Below are positions 24,280 to 32,427 of a stretch of DNA of 64,000 nucleotides, in pieces. The DNA comes from Acidimicrobiales bacterium (GTDB lineage Bacteria; Actinomycetota; Acidimicrobiia; Acidimicrobiales; VFJN01). Both the position numbers and the translations under genes were made by a program. How positions within the stretch are numbered: the first letter of the stretch is position 1; every line of letters begins with the position of its first letter. Below the pieces are notes generated by a model. The model had not been told where the DNA came from, did no database searches, and worked only from the letters and a program-made list of their open reading frames with translations. Where the stretch lies: contig DATHJB010000239.1 in the NCBI GenBank assembly GCA_035316325.1, forward strand, positions 2,512 through 66,511, given 5' to 3'.

Positions 24280-27050
24280 TGGACAAGTTCCTCAGCCTGG
24301 TCATCAGCGGCGCCGTCAGCGGAGCCATCTACTCGCTGATCGCCTCGGGCCTGGTCCTCTCCTACACCGCCAGCGGCATCTTCAACCTCGGCTACGGGGC
24401 GGTCGCCTTCGCCTCGGCCTTCCTCTACTACGAGCTGCACGTCGGCTGGGGGTGGCCGATCGTCCCCGCCGCGCTGGCCACCGTCCTCGTGTTCGCCCCC
24501 GCGCTGGGCTGGGTGCTGCACGCCACCATCTTCCGCCGGCTCGGACAGGCGCGGGACGAGGCCAAGATCGTGGCCACGGTCGGGATCCTGGTGGCGGTGC
24601 CGGCGCTGATGCGGTGGGTCTTCGAGGTGCTGGTGAACGTCGTGCACTGGGACCTGCCGCTGGGCACCAACGTCTACGCGGCCCCCGGCATCGGCCCCAC
24701 GCCCAAGGAGACCTGGAACCCGTTCGGCCGGGTGACCGTCGACTCCAACCAGGTGATCGTCTTCGCCGGCGCCGCGGTGGTGGCGCTGGTCCTGTGGGTC
24801 GTCGTGCGGCGCACCCGCCTGGGCCTGCAGTTCCGGGCGGTGGTCGACGGCCCCGAGCTGGCCGGGATGCGCGGCATCGACCCGGACCGCGCCACCGGCG
24901 CCTCGTGGGTCTTGGGCACCACCATCGCCGCCTTCGCCGGCGTCATCGCCGCGCCGGTCTTCAACAGCCTGCAGGCGTCCACCTACACGCTGGCCATGTT
25001 CGCCGCCGTCGCCGCGGCGGTGATCGGCGGGCTGCGGTCGGTGCCGTGGGCCTTCGTCGGCGGGCTGGCGCTGGGGGTCATCCAGAACCTCGTGGCCGGG
25101 TACGCCACCTTCGCCTCGGACATCCGGGGCTTCAGCGCCTCGGTGCCGTTCGCGGTGGTGTTCGTCGGCCTGCTCGTGATGTCGCGGTCGAAGGGCCGCC
25201 AGGCGGGGACGGTCGCCCGGGAGCGCATCGTCGGCGACCTGCCCCTGGTGGGCGCCGGGCGCCGAGCCCTCGCCGGCTGGGTCGCCGGTGCCGCCCTGCT
25301 GGTCGCCTACCTGTTCGTGGCCGACCCCTTCTGGCTCGGCCTGACCACCCGGGGCCTGGCCCTGGGCGTGGTGTTCCTGTCCTTCGTGCTGGTCACCGGC
25401 CACGGCGGGATGGTGAACCTGGCGCCCGCGGCGTTCGTGACCGCGGCCGGGCTCACCACCGGCCTGCTCTACCAGCACTACGGCCTGCCGGTGCAGGGAG
25501 CGGCGCTGGGCGGCATCGCGGTGGCCGTGGTCCTGGGGGTCCTCGTGGCCCTGCCGTCGCTGCGAATGGGAGGGCTGCCGCTGGCCCTGGCGACGCTGGC
25601 GCTGGCCTTCATGGGCGACAACGTCCTGTTCTCCTGGAACTGGTTCCGCAACGGACAGGCCGGCTGGGAGATCCCCCGACTCACCGTCGGCCCCCTCGAC
25701 CTTGCCGACGAGCGCACCTTCGGCGTGGTGCTGCTGGTCGTGACCGCCGCGGTGATCCTGGCCATCCACAACGTGAGCACGTCGGCCTCGGGCCGGGCCA
25801 TGCTCGCCGTCCGCTCGTCGGAGGCGGCCGCCGAGGCCAGCGGGCTGTCGGCGACCCGGGCCAAGCTGCTCGTCTTCGCCCTGGCCGCGGGGGTGGCCGG
25901 GCTGGGCGGCGTCCTCCTCAGCTCGTTCGACCGCCACGCCGTCAACGAGGCCTACCCGGCGACGCTGGGCCTCACCTGGCTGGCGGTAGTCGTGCTGTTC
26001 GGGGTGCGACGCCCCGAGGGCGCGGTGATCGCCGGGCTGATGGCCTCGCTGTTCCCCGCGCTCGTCAGCAAGGGCGTCCATTGGCCCGAGCCGGTGCCGA
26101 GCTGGCTGAACTGGGACGGCACCGAGGTGGCGTGGGTGCCCGACGCGCTGTTCGGCATGGGCGCCATCCAGCTGGCCAAGGACCCGAACGGGATGCTCTC
26201 GCTCTTCGGGGCGCGCCGGCGCCGAGCCGCCGCCGCCCAGGCTGCAGCCGAGGCGGAGGATCGGCAGCCGCCGCCGGTGGTGACGACGGCTGCGGGACCG
26301 GCCGCCTGGCAGCCCGCCGGGTCGGAGGCGCCCGTGCTGGAGCTACAGGGCGTCTCGGCCGGCTACGGCGCGGCAGCGGTCCTCTTCGGTGTGGACCTGG
26401 AGCTGCGGCCGGGCCGCATCACCGCTCTGGTGGGCCCCAACGGCGCGGGCAAGTCGACGCTGAGCGCCGTGGTGGCCGGCACGCTGCCCGTCACCTCGGG
26501 CGCCGTGCGCCTCGCGGGGACGGACGTCAGCGGCGAGGCGGCCCACCGGCGGGCACCCCGGGGCCTCGTCGTGTCGCCCGAGTCGCGGGGGATCTTCCCG
26601 GACCTGACCGTGGACGACAACCTGGCGGTCCGCCTGCCCGGCCGGAAGGACCGCGCCGCGGTCTACGACCGGTTCCCGCAGCTGGCCGCCCGCCGCGACC
26701 TCCCGGCCGGCCGCCTGTCCGGCGGCGAGCAGCAGATCCTGTCGCTGGCCTCGGTGGTGGTGAGCCCGCCGGCGGTGTTCGTGGCCGACGAGCCCTCCCT
26801 GGGGCTGGCGCCGCTGGTGGTGGACGAGATCAAGGAGCTGGTGACCGGCCTGCGGGACGCGGGGGTGGCGGTGCTGCTGATCGAGGAGCAGGCCAACGCC
26901 GTGCTCGACATCGCCGACGACGTGGCCGTGCTCGACCTGGGCCGCATCGCCCGGCGGGGGCCGGCCGAGTCGGTGACCGCGGAGGAGCTGTCGTCGGCCT
27001 ACATGGGCCTGGAGCTGTCGGGCGACGAGCCGCAGGGAGCACGGCGATGA
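24279..27050 (+). CDS. fused branched-chain-amino-acid-type ABC transporter: LivH-like permease + LivM-like permease + LivF-like ATPase in one 923-aa polypeptide
   Basis: A single uninterrupted frame runs from ATG 24279. It contains a LivH block (...YSLIASGLVLSYTASGIFNLGYGA...) and a LivM block (...VLVTGHGGMVNLAPAAF...). The ATPase part has GPNGAGKST, LSGGEQQIL and VFVADEPSLGL. The first 236 aa of the 1159-aa track ORF overlap the SDR gene and are rejected. Confidence 0.8.
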   Translation: MDKFLSLVISGAVSGAIYSLIASGLVLSYTASGIFNLGYGAVAFASAFLYYELHVGWGWPIVPAALATVLVFAPALGWVLHATIFRRLGQARDEAKIVATVGILVAVPALMRWVFEVLVNVVHWDLPLGTNVYAAPGIGPTPKETWNPFGRVTVDSNQVIVFAGAAVVALVLWVVVRRTRLGLQFRAVVDGPELAGMRGIDPDRATGASWVLGTTIAAFAGVIAAPVFNSLQASTYTLAMFAAVAAAVIGGLRSVPWAFVGGLALGVIQNLVAGYATFASDIRGFSASVPFAVVFVGLLVMSRSKGRQAGTVARERIVGDLPLVGAGRRALAGWVAGAALLVAYLFVADPFWLGLTTRGLALGVVFLSFVLVTGHGGMVNLAPAAFVTAAGLTTGLLYQHYGLPVQGAALGGIAVAVVLGVLVALPSLRMGGLPLALATLALAFMGDNVLFSWNWFRNGQAGWEIPRLTVGPLDLADERTFGVVLLVVTAAVILAIHNVSTSASGRAMLAVRSSEAAAEASGLSATRAKLLVFALAAGVAGLGGVLLSSFDRHAVNEAYPATLGLTWLAVVVLFGVRRPEGAVIAGLMASLFPALVSKGVHWPEPVPSWLNWDGTEVAWVPDALFGMGAIQLAKDPNGMLSLFGARRRRAAAAQAAAEAEDRQPPPVVTTAAGPAAWQPAGSEAPVLELQGVSAGYGAAAVLFGVDLELRPGRITALVGPNGAGKSTLSAVVAGTLPVTSGAVRLAGTDVSGEAAHRRAPRGLVVSPESRGIFPDLTVDDNLAVRLPGRKDRAAVYDRFPQLAARRDLPAGRLSGGEQQILSLASVVVSPPAVFVADEPSLGLAPLVVDEIKELVTGLRDAGVAVLLIEEQANAVLDIADDVAVLDLGRIARRGPAESVTAEELSSAYMGLELSGDEPQGARR

Positions 27051-27820
27051 CCGCGGACGCCGTCCCCCTGCTGGAGCTGGACGCCGTGGGCGTGCGGTTC
27101 GGCGGGGTCAGGGCCCTGGACGAGGTCAGCCTCTCGGTGGCCCCCGGGGAGGTCGTGGGGATCATCGGTCCCAACGGGGCCGGCAAGAGCACCCTCTTCG
27201 ACGTGATCTCGGGGCTGCGGAAGCCCACCGCCGGCCGGGTCCGGTTCCGGGGCGCCGACGTGACCCGGCGCTCGGCGCCCCAGCGGGCCCGGGCCGGGAT
27301 CCGCCGCACCTTCCAGCGCCAGCAGCTGTTCGACGACCTGTCGGTGCTGGACAACGTGGTGGCAGCGCAGGACTGGCGGGGCGGTGGGGGTGGCCCGCTG
27401 GCCGACGTGGTGGCCTGGCCCGCCCGCCGGCGGCCCGAGCGCACCCGCCGCGAACAGGCCCGCCGGACCTTGGAGCTGTGCGGCTTCGACCGCGACGTGG
27501 CCCTGTCGGCCGGCACCCTGGCCATCGGCGAGGCCCGCACGGTCGAGTTCGCCCGGGCCATCGTCGACGGGGCCGACCTCCTGCTGCTCGACGAGCCCAC
27601 CTCGGGCCTGGGGAAGGCCGAGACCCGACGGTTCGGGGAGACGCTCGACACGGTCCACGCCGAACAGGGGTTCTCGGTGCTCCTGGTGGAGCACGACGTC
27701 GGCTTCGTCATGGAGCACGCCTCCCGGATCCTGGTGCTCCACCTCGGCCGGGTGCTGGCCGCCGGAACGCCCGCCGAGGTCCGGGCCGATCCCGAAGTGC
27801 GGGCCGCCTACCTGGGCTGA
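27047..27820 (+). CDS. LivG-like ABC transporter ATP-binding protein
   Basis: The ATG overlaps the upstream stop (ATGA). It has Walker A GPNGAGKST, Walker B LLLLDEPTSGL and the C-terminus ...DPEVRAAYLG typical of LivG-type ATPases. Confidence 0.85.
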   Translation: MTADAVPLLELDAVGVRFGGVRALDEVSLSVAPGEVVGIIGPNGAGKSTLFDVISGLRKPTAGRVRFRGADVTRRSAPQRARAGIRRTFQRQQLFDDLSVLDNVVAAQDWRGGGGGPLADVVAWPARRRPERTRREQARRTLELCGFDRDVALSAGTLAIGEARTVEFARAIVDGADLLLLDEPTSGLGKAETRRFGETLDTVHAEQGFSVLLVEHDVGFVMEHASRILVLHLGRVLAAGTPAEVRADPEVRAAYLG

Positions 27821-27888
27821 GCCGTGAAGACACCGAGTCCGACCAGATCGCAAGACCTGTCCATCGTGCAAGCGAGGGGGAAGAGAAG

Positions 27889-29160
27889 ATGAAGCGCCGA
27901 ACAGTAGGAGTGCTGGCTCTCGTGTTGTTGGTGGTGAGCGCCTGCGGGACCAGCGGCGACGACAGCGACAGCAGCGACGGCGGCAACGACGGCAACGACG
28001 AGCCGGCGGCACCCCAGGAGAGCCAGACGGCCCGGGGCGTGTCCGCCGACGAGATCCGGGTGGGCGGCGTCGCCCAGCTCGAGTACTACCCCGGCATCGA
28101 CGTCGGCGCCAAGGCCCGGTTCGAGCGGGCCAACCGCGACGGTGGCGTCCACGGCCGGAAGATCACGCTGACCGGCGTGCAGGACGACGCCAGCGACGCC
28201 AGCCGGGGAGCGAGCATCGTCCGCGACCTCGTGCAGAGCGAGGAGGTGTTCGCGGTGCTCCCCGTGACCAGCGTCAACTTCCTGCCCCAGTCGTCGGACT
28301 TCCTCCAGGAGGAGGAGGTCCCCTACATCGGGTGGGGCATGGTCCCCGGGTTCTGCGGCTCCGAGTGGGGCTACGGCTTCAGCGGGTGCCTCATCAACCC
28401 GGACATCGCCAACACCTCCACCATCGACCCGATGCTGGAGGAGCTGGACAAGCCCGCCGACGAGGTGCGGGCGGCCATCCAGGCCGGCGACGACGACTCC
28501 GGCCGCGGGGCCCTCGGCCTGTACGAGAGCGTGCTGCAGGACCGCGGAGCGGAGGTCGTGTACTCCGAGGCCAACGCCCCGCCCGCGGGGCAGACCACCG
28601 ACTGGACCCCCTACGCCCAGGAGATGCTGGCCCAGGACCCGGACATCGTGGTCATGTCCCTGGACTTCCCGGGCAGCGTGGGCCTCAACGGCGCCCTGCG
28701 GGCCGCCGGGTTCGAGGGGGCGACCATGGGCTACGTCGCCTACGTCCCCGGTGTGCTGGACGAGCAGGCCGACGCGGCCGCCGCGCTCGAGGGCACCTAC
28801 GTCAACGTCCAGGTGCCGCCCCAGGAGGACGACAGCCCGGCCACCCAGCAGATCGAGGACGACCTGGAAGCCATCGGCGAGGAGCCGTTCATGACGTTCG
28901 GGGTCTCGCTGGGCTACTGGCAGGCGGACATGTTCATCGCCATGCTCGAAGCCACCGGCGAGGACCTGACGCCCCAGGCGTTCCACGACACCGTCAACGG
29001 CGGGTTCACCTACGAGCCCGAGCTCGAGGGCGCCGTCGGCCCCATCGAGTTCCCCGACGCCCTGAACCGACCCGCCCCGTGCGCGGGCCTGGTGCAGGTC
29101 CGCGAGGGCCAGTACGAGTCGTCGCAGGAGTTCTCCTGCTACGAGGTCCTCGACCGGTGA
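27889..29160 (+). CDS. ABC transporter substrate-binding lipoprotein (LivK / type-I PBP-like)
   Basis: MKRRTVGVLALVLLVVSAC/GTSG lipobox is preceded by RBS GAGGGGGAAGAG. The pattern ...IRVGGV...NRDGGVHGRKITL...DD fits the amino-acid/amide-binding PBP1 family. Confidence 0.75.
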   Translation: MKRRTVGVLALVLLVVSACGTSGDDSDSSDGGNDGNDEPAAPQESQTARGVSADEIRVGGVAQLEYYPGIDVGAKARFERANRDGGVHGRKITLTGVQDDASDASRGASIVRDLVQSEEVFAVLPVTSVNFLPQSSDFLQEEEVPYIGWGMVPGFCGSEWGYGFSGCLINPDIANTSTIDPMLEELDKPADEVRAAIQAGDDDSGRGALGLYESVLQDRGAEVVYSEANAPPAGQTTDWTPYAQEMLAQDPDIVVMSLDFPGSVGLNGALRAAGFEGATMGYVAYVPGVLDEQADAAAALEGTYVNVQVPPQEDDSPATQQIEDDLEAIGEEPFMTFGVSLGYWQADMFIAMLEATGEDLTPQAFHDTVNGGFTYEPELEGAVGPIEFPDALNRPAPCAGLVQVREGQYESSQEFSCYEVLDR

Positions 29161-29173
29161 GGGGGCACCGCTG

Positions 29174-30067
29174 ATGCGCTTCCACCAGGCCGTGGCCTTC
29201 CTGGAGGTCGACCACCTGCTCGAGCTGTGCCGGGCGACCGACGACCTCGGCTTCGACGGCATCTTCGTGTCGGACCACATCTGCTACCCGAAGGACCTGC
29301 AGTCGCCCTACCCCTACTCGCCGTACGAGGACGGCTCGCCGGCCTGGGCGCCCGAGTCGCCCTGGCCCGACTGCTGGTGCCTCATATCGGCCATGGCCGC
29401 GGTGACCGAGCGCCTCACGTTCACCACCGGGGTCTACGTGGCCCCGGCCCGGGACCTGCTCTCGGTGGCCAAGCAGGTGGGGACCGCGGCGGTCATCTCC
29501 GGCGACCGGGTGCGCTGCGGGGTGGGGGCGGGCTGGTGCAAGGAGGAGTTCGACCTCACCGGCCAGGAGTTCGGCAACCGGGGCGCCCGGCTCGACGACA
29601 TGATCCCCGCCCTGCGCGCGCTGTGGGGCGGGGGCTGGGTCGAGTACCACGGCTCCCACTACGACGTGCCCCCGGTGATGCTCCGCCCGTCGCCGAGTCG
29701 CCCGGTCCCGGTCTACGTCGGCGGCAACAGCCGGCCGGCCATGCGCCGGGCCGTGCAGCTCGGCGACGGCTGGATGTGCGCCGACGTGCGCCCGCCGGAC
29801 GAGGCCATGGAGCTGCTGCAGACCTTCACCGCCGAGTTGGCCCGGGCCGGCCGGTCGGAGGAGGGCTACCCGATCTACATGACGGTGGCGGCCCCGCCGG
29901 AGCCCGACCTGATCCGCCGGTTCGAGGACGCCGGGGTGACCGACTGGATCTGCGCACCGTGGATGCTGGCCGAGCAGAGCAGCGAGCGGGCCTTCAGCTC
30001 CACGGTCGCCGACAAGGTCGCCGCGGCCGAGCGCTTCGCCGACGACGTCATCGCCGAGCTGCGGTGA
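29174..30067 (+). CDS. LLM-class F420-dependent oxidoreductase (TIGR03619-like)
   Basis: MRFHQAV......LGFDGIFVSDH...TERLTFTTGVYV...GVGAGWCKEEFDLTG fits this family pattern. Confidence 0.8.
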   Translation: MRFHQAVAFLEVDHLLELCRATDDLGFDGIFVSDHICYPKDLQSPYPYSPYEDGSPAWAPESPWPDCWCLISAMAAVTERLTFTTGVYVAPARDLLSVAKQVGTAAVISGDRVRCGVGAGWCKEEFDLTGQEFGNRGARLDDMIPALRALWGGGWVEYHGSHYDVPPVMLRPSPSRPVPVYVGGNSRPAMRRAVQLGDGWMCADVRPPDEAMELLQTFTAELARAGRSEEGYPIYMTVAAPPEPDLIRRFEDAGVTDWICAPWMLAEQSSERAFSSTVADKVAAAERFADDVIAELR

Positions 30068-30084
30068 CCGCAGGAGGACCGACC

Positions 30085-30552
30085 ATGCCCACGCCCATCG
30101 ATGCCGGGACGCTCAGCTACGTGGCCGACCGCATCGCCATAGACGACCTGCTCACCCGGTACACGACCGCGGTCGACCTGGAACGCTGGGAGCTGTTCGA
30201 CACGGTGTTCCTGCCCGACGCGGTCATCGACTACACGTCGGCCGGCGGCATCCGAGGCGGGCCCGACGACATCAGGGACTGGTTGATCCGCGCCCTCGAG
30301 CCCTTCCCGGTGCGCCAGCACCTGCTGGGCAACAAGGAGGTGCGGATCGACGGCGACACCGCGTCGGTGCGGGCCTACTTCTTCAACCCGCTGATGATGA
30401 CCGGGCCCGACGGCGCCTCCCGGTTCCTGCCCGGTGGCGGCTACTACCACCACCGGCTGGTGCGCACCCCGGACGGCTGGCGCAGCGCCGAGCTGGTCGA
30501 AGAGGAGGTCTGGCGGGACGGCCTGCCCGACGACCTCGAGATCCCCACCTGA
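30085..30552 (+). CDS. SnoaL-like / NTF2-fold protein
   Basis: ATG 30085 is preceded by CAGGAGGA. The pattern ...ADRIAIDDLLTRYTTAVDLERWELFDTVF..DAVIDY is typical of SnoaL_4 proteins. Confidence 0.7.
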   Translation: MPTPIDAGTLSYVADRIAIDDLLTRYTTAVDLERWELFDTVFLPDAVIDYTSAGGIRGGPDDIRDWLIRALEPFPVRQHLLGNKEVRIDGDTASVRAYFFNPLMMTGPDGASRFLPGGGYYHHRLVRTPDGWRSAELVEEEVWRDGLPDDLEIPT

Positions 30553-30562
30553 GGCCGAGCAG

Positions 30563-31426
30563 ATGCGCCACTGGCTCTGCGTCATGCACGAGGACACCTC
30601 CCAGCTGGTGGAGGTGGCGCGGGCGGCCGAGGAGGTCGGCTACCACGGCATCGCCGTGGCCGACCACGTGGCCGTGCCCCACGACCACGCGTCGGCCCAC
30701 CCCGGGGGCGAGTCGACCTTCACGACGACCACGCCCTTCCCTGACCCGTTCACGTCGATCGCGGCCATGGCCGTGGCCACCAGCCGCCTGCGGTTCCTGC
30801 CCTACGTGCTGGTGCTGCCGATGCGCGACCCGTTCACGGTGGCCAAGCAGGCGGCCACCGTGTCGATCCTGTCGGGCAACCGCTTCGCCCTGGGCGTCGG
30901 CGCCGGCTGGCTGCGGGAGGAGATCGCCCTGTTGGGCCACGACCCCCGGACCCGGGGCAGCCGCCTGGACGAGATGCTCGCGGTGATGCGGGCGTTCTGG
31001 GACGACGGCGTGGTGGAGTGGCACGGGCGCCACTTCGACTTCGGCCCCACGTCCATGTACCCGCGGCCGGAGGCGCACATCCCGGTGTGGGTGGGCGGGC
31101 GCAGCGACGTCGCCCTGCGCCGGGCCGCCCGCCACGACGGCTGGCTGGGCATGAACTACGCGGTCGAGGAGATCCCCGGACTGCTGGCCCGGCTGCAGGA
31201 GCAGCGGCGGCAGGTGCTCGACGAGCGGGGAGGCGACGCCGGTCCCGTGTCGTTCGAGACCCTGGTCATCCCGCAGGCGCCACCCAGCCGAGCGCTCTAC
31301 GAGGACCTGGAGGCGTGGGGCGTCACATCCACCGTGGTCGTCGCCTGGCCTCCGGGCGACCCGGCGTTCGCGTCGCTCGCCAGCAAGCGGGCGGCCATGG
31401 AGGCCTGCGCCGACGCCTGCTTCTGA
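30563..31426 (+). CDS. LLM-class F420-dependent oxidoreductase
   Basis: ...EEVGYHGIAVADHV...SRLRFLPYVLVLP...GVGAGWLREEIALLG resembles 29174..30067 and looks like a paralog of it. Confidence 0.75.
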   Translation: MRHWLCVMHEDTSQLVEVARAAEEVGYHGIAVADHVAVPHDHASAHPGGESTFTTTTPFPDPFTSIAAMAVATSRLRFLPYVLVLPMRDPFTVAKQAATVSILSGNRFALGVGAGWLREEIALLGHDPRTRGSRLDEMLAVMRAFWDDGVVEWHGRHFDFGPTSMYPRPEAHIPVWVGGRSDVALRRAARHDGWLGMNYAVEEIPGLLARLQEQRRQVLDERGGDAGPVSFETLVIPQAPPSRALYEDLEAWGVTSTVVVAWPPGDPAFASLASKRAAMEACADACF

Positions 31427-31460
31427 GGCAGCCAACCCCCTCTGACACCGAAGGAGAACC

Positions 31461-32249
31461 GTGGGACTCTTGGACGATCGAGTGGTGCTGATATCGGGCG
31501 TGGGCCCGGGGCTCGGGCACGAGACCGCCGCCGCCGTGCTCGACGAGGGCGGTCGTGTGGTGCTCACCGACATGTTCGGCGACCGGGTCGAGAAGATCCG
31601 GGCCGACCTCGACCCCGGCGGCGAGCGCAGCCTGGCGGTGGAGGTCGACATCACCTCCGCGGCGCACTGCGCGGCGCTGCCGGAACGGGTGCGCGCCCGG
31701 TTCCCGCACGTCCACGGCATCGTCAACGTCGCCGCGTTCGACGACCCCGTGGGCGGCCTGATGGACGACGACGTGCTCGACGACTGGGACCGTGCCGCGG
31801 CGGTCAACGTCAAGGGCACGCTGCGGGTCACCAAGGCGATGGTCCCGCTCATGCCGCCCGACGGCGGCTCGATCGTCATCATCGGGTCGACCTCGTTCGC
31901 CCGCACGCGCCGCACCCGCTGGAACCTCGCCTACGGCATGAGCAAGGGCGCGCTGGTGACCGCCACCTACTTCCTGGCCGACGAGCTGGGGCCGTCGGGG
32001 ATCCGCACCAACACCGTCGCGCCGGGGTGGAAGTGGGGCCCGCGGGTGGAGGGGTACTTCGACGGTGAGGCGGCCCGCCGGGGCGTCGACCGGCAGGTGC
32101 TGGTGGACGCCATCTCCGAGGAGCTGTCCCTGCGGCGCATGGCCACCGACCGGGACGTCGCCAACGCGGCCGTGTTCTTCCTGTCCGACATGTCGCGCGC
32201 GATCACGGGTCAGACGATCTTCGTCGACGGGGGCCACGTCTTCCGCTGA
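31461..32249 (+). CDS. SDR family oxidoreductase
   Basis: GTG start. Contains DRVVLISGVGPGLGHETA and a YGMSKGA catalytic Tyr-x3-Lys. Confidence 0.8.
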   Translation: MGLLDDRVVLISGVGPGLGHETAAAVLDEGGRVVLTDMFGDRVEKIRADLDPGGERSLAVEVDITSAAHCAALPERVRARFPHVHGIVNVAAFDDPVGGLMDDDVLDDWDRAAAVNVKGTLRVTKAMVPLMPPDGGSIVIIGSTSFARTRRTRWNLAYGMSKGALVTATYFLADELGPSGIRTNTVAPGWKWGPRVEGYFDGEAARRGVDRQVLVDAISEELSLRRMATDRDVANAAVFFLSDMSRAITGQTIFVDGGHVFR

Positions 32250-32294
32250 AACCGGGCGGGCGGAGAGCCCCGTCCCAGGCCAGGGCCGATCTCG

Positions 32295-32323
32295 TTGACG
32301 ACCGTCGGTCGCGGGGTTATCAA
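32295..32323 (+). promoter_or_regulatory. candidate promoter TTGACG-N17-TATCAA upstream of the second ABC operon
   Basis: The hexamers and the 17-nt spacer were read directly from an AT-richer patch. A leader of about 100 nt follows and contains a CCCGCC/GGCGGG hairpin (32353-32372). Confidence 0.3.
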
Positions 32324-32427
32324 TAGCCTGCAAACGGTGTGCAAAGTGTTCGCCCGCCCGTGGGGAGGCGGGTGTGCGGGGGAGGACAGCACCGAGGGCG
32401 CTGCCAGCAGCTGCGACGGGGGGTCAC

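Noticed and set aside
23961-26081. 706-aa minus-strand ORF, and likewise 32320..34470 (-, 716 aa), opposite the ABC permease genes
   Set aside because: The translations are highly charged (Arg/Gly/Asp/His-rich) with no hydrophobic helices or motifs. Both are antisense to well-supported permease frames.
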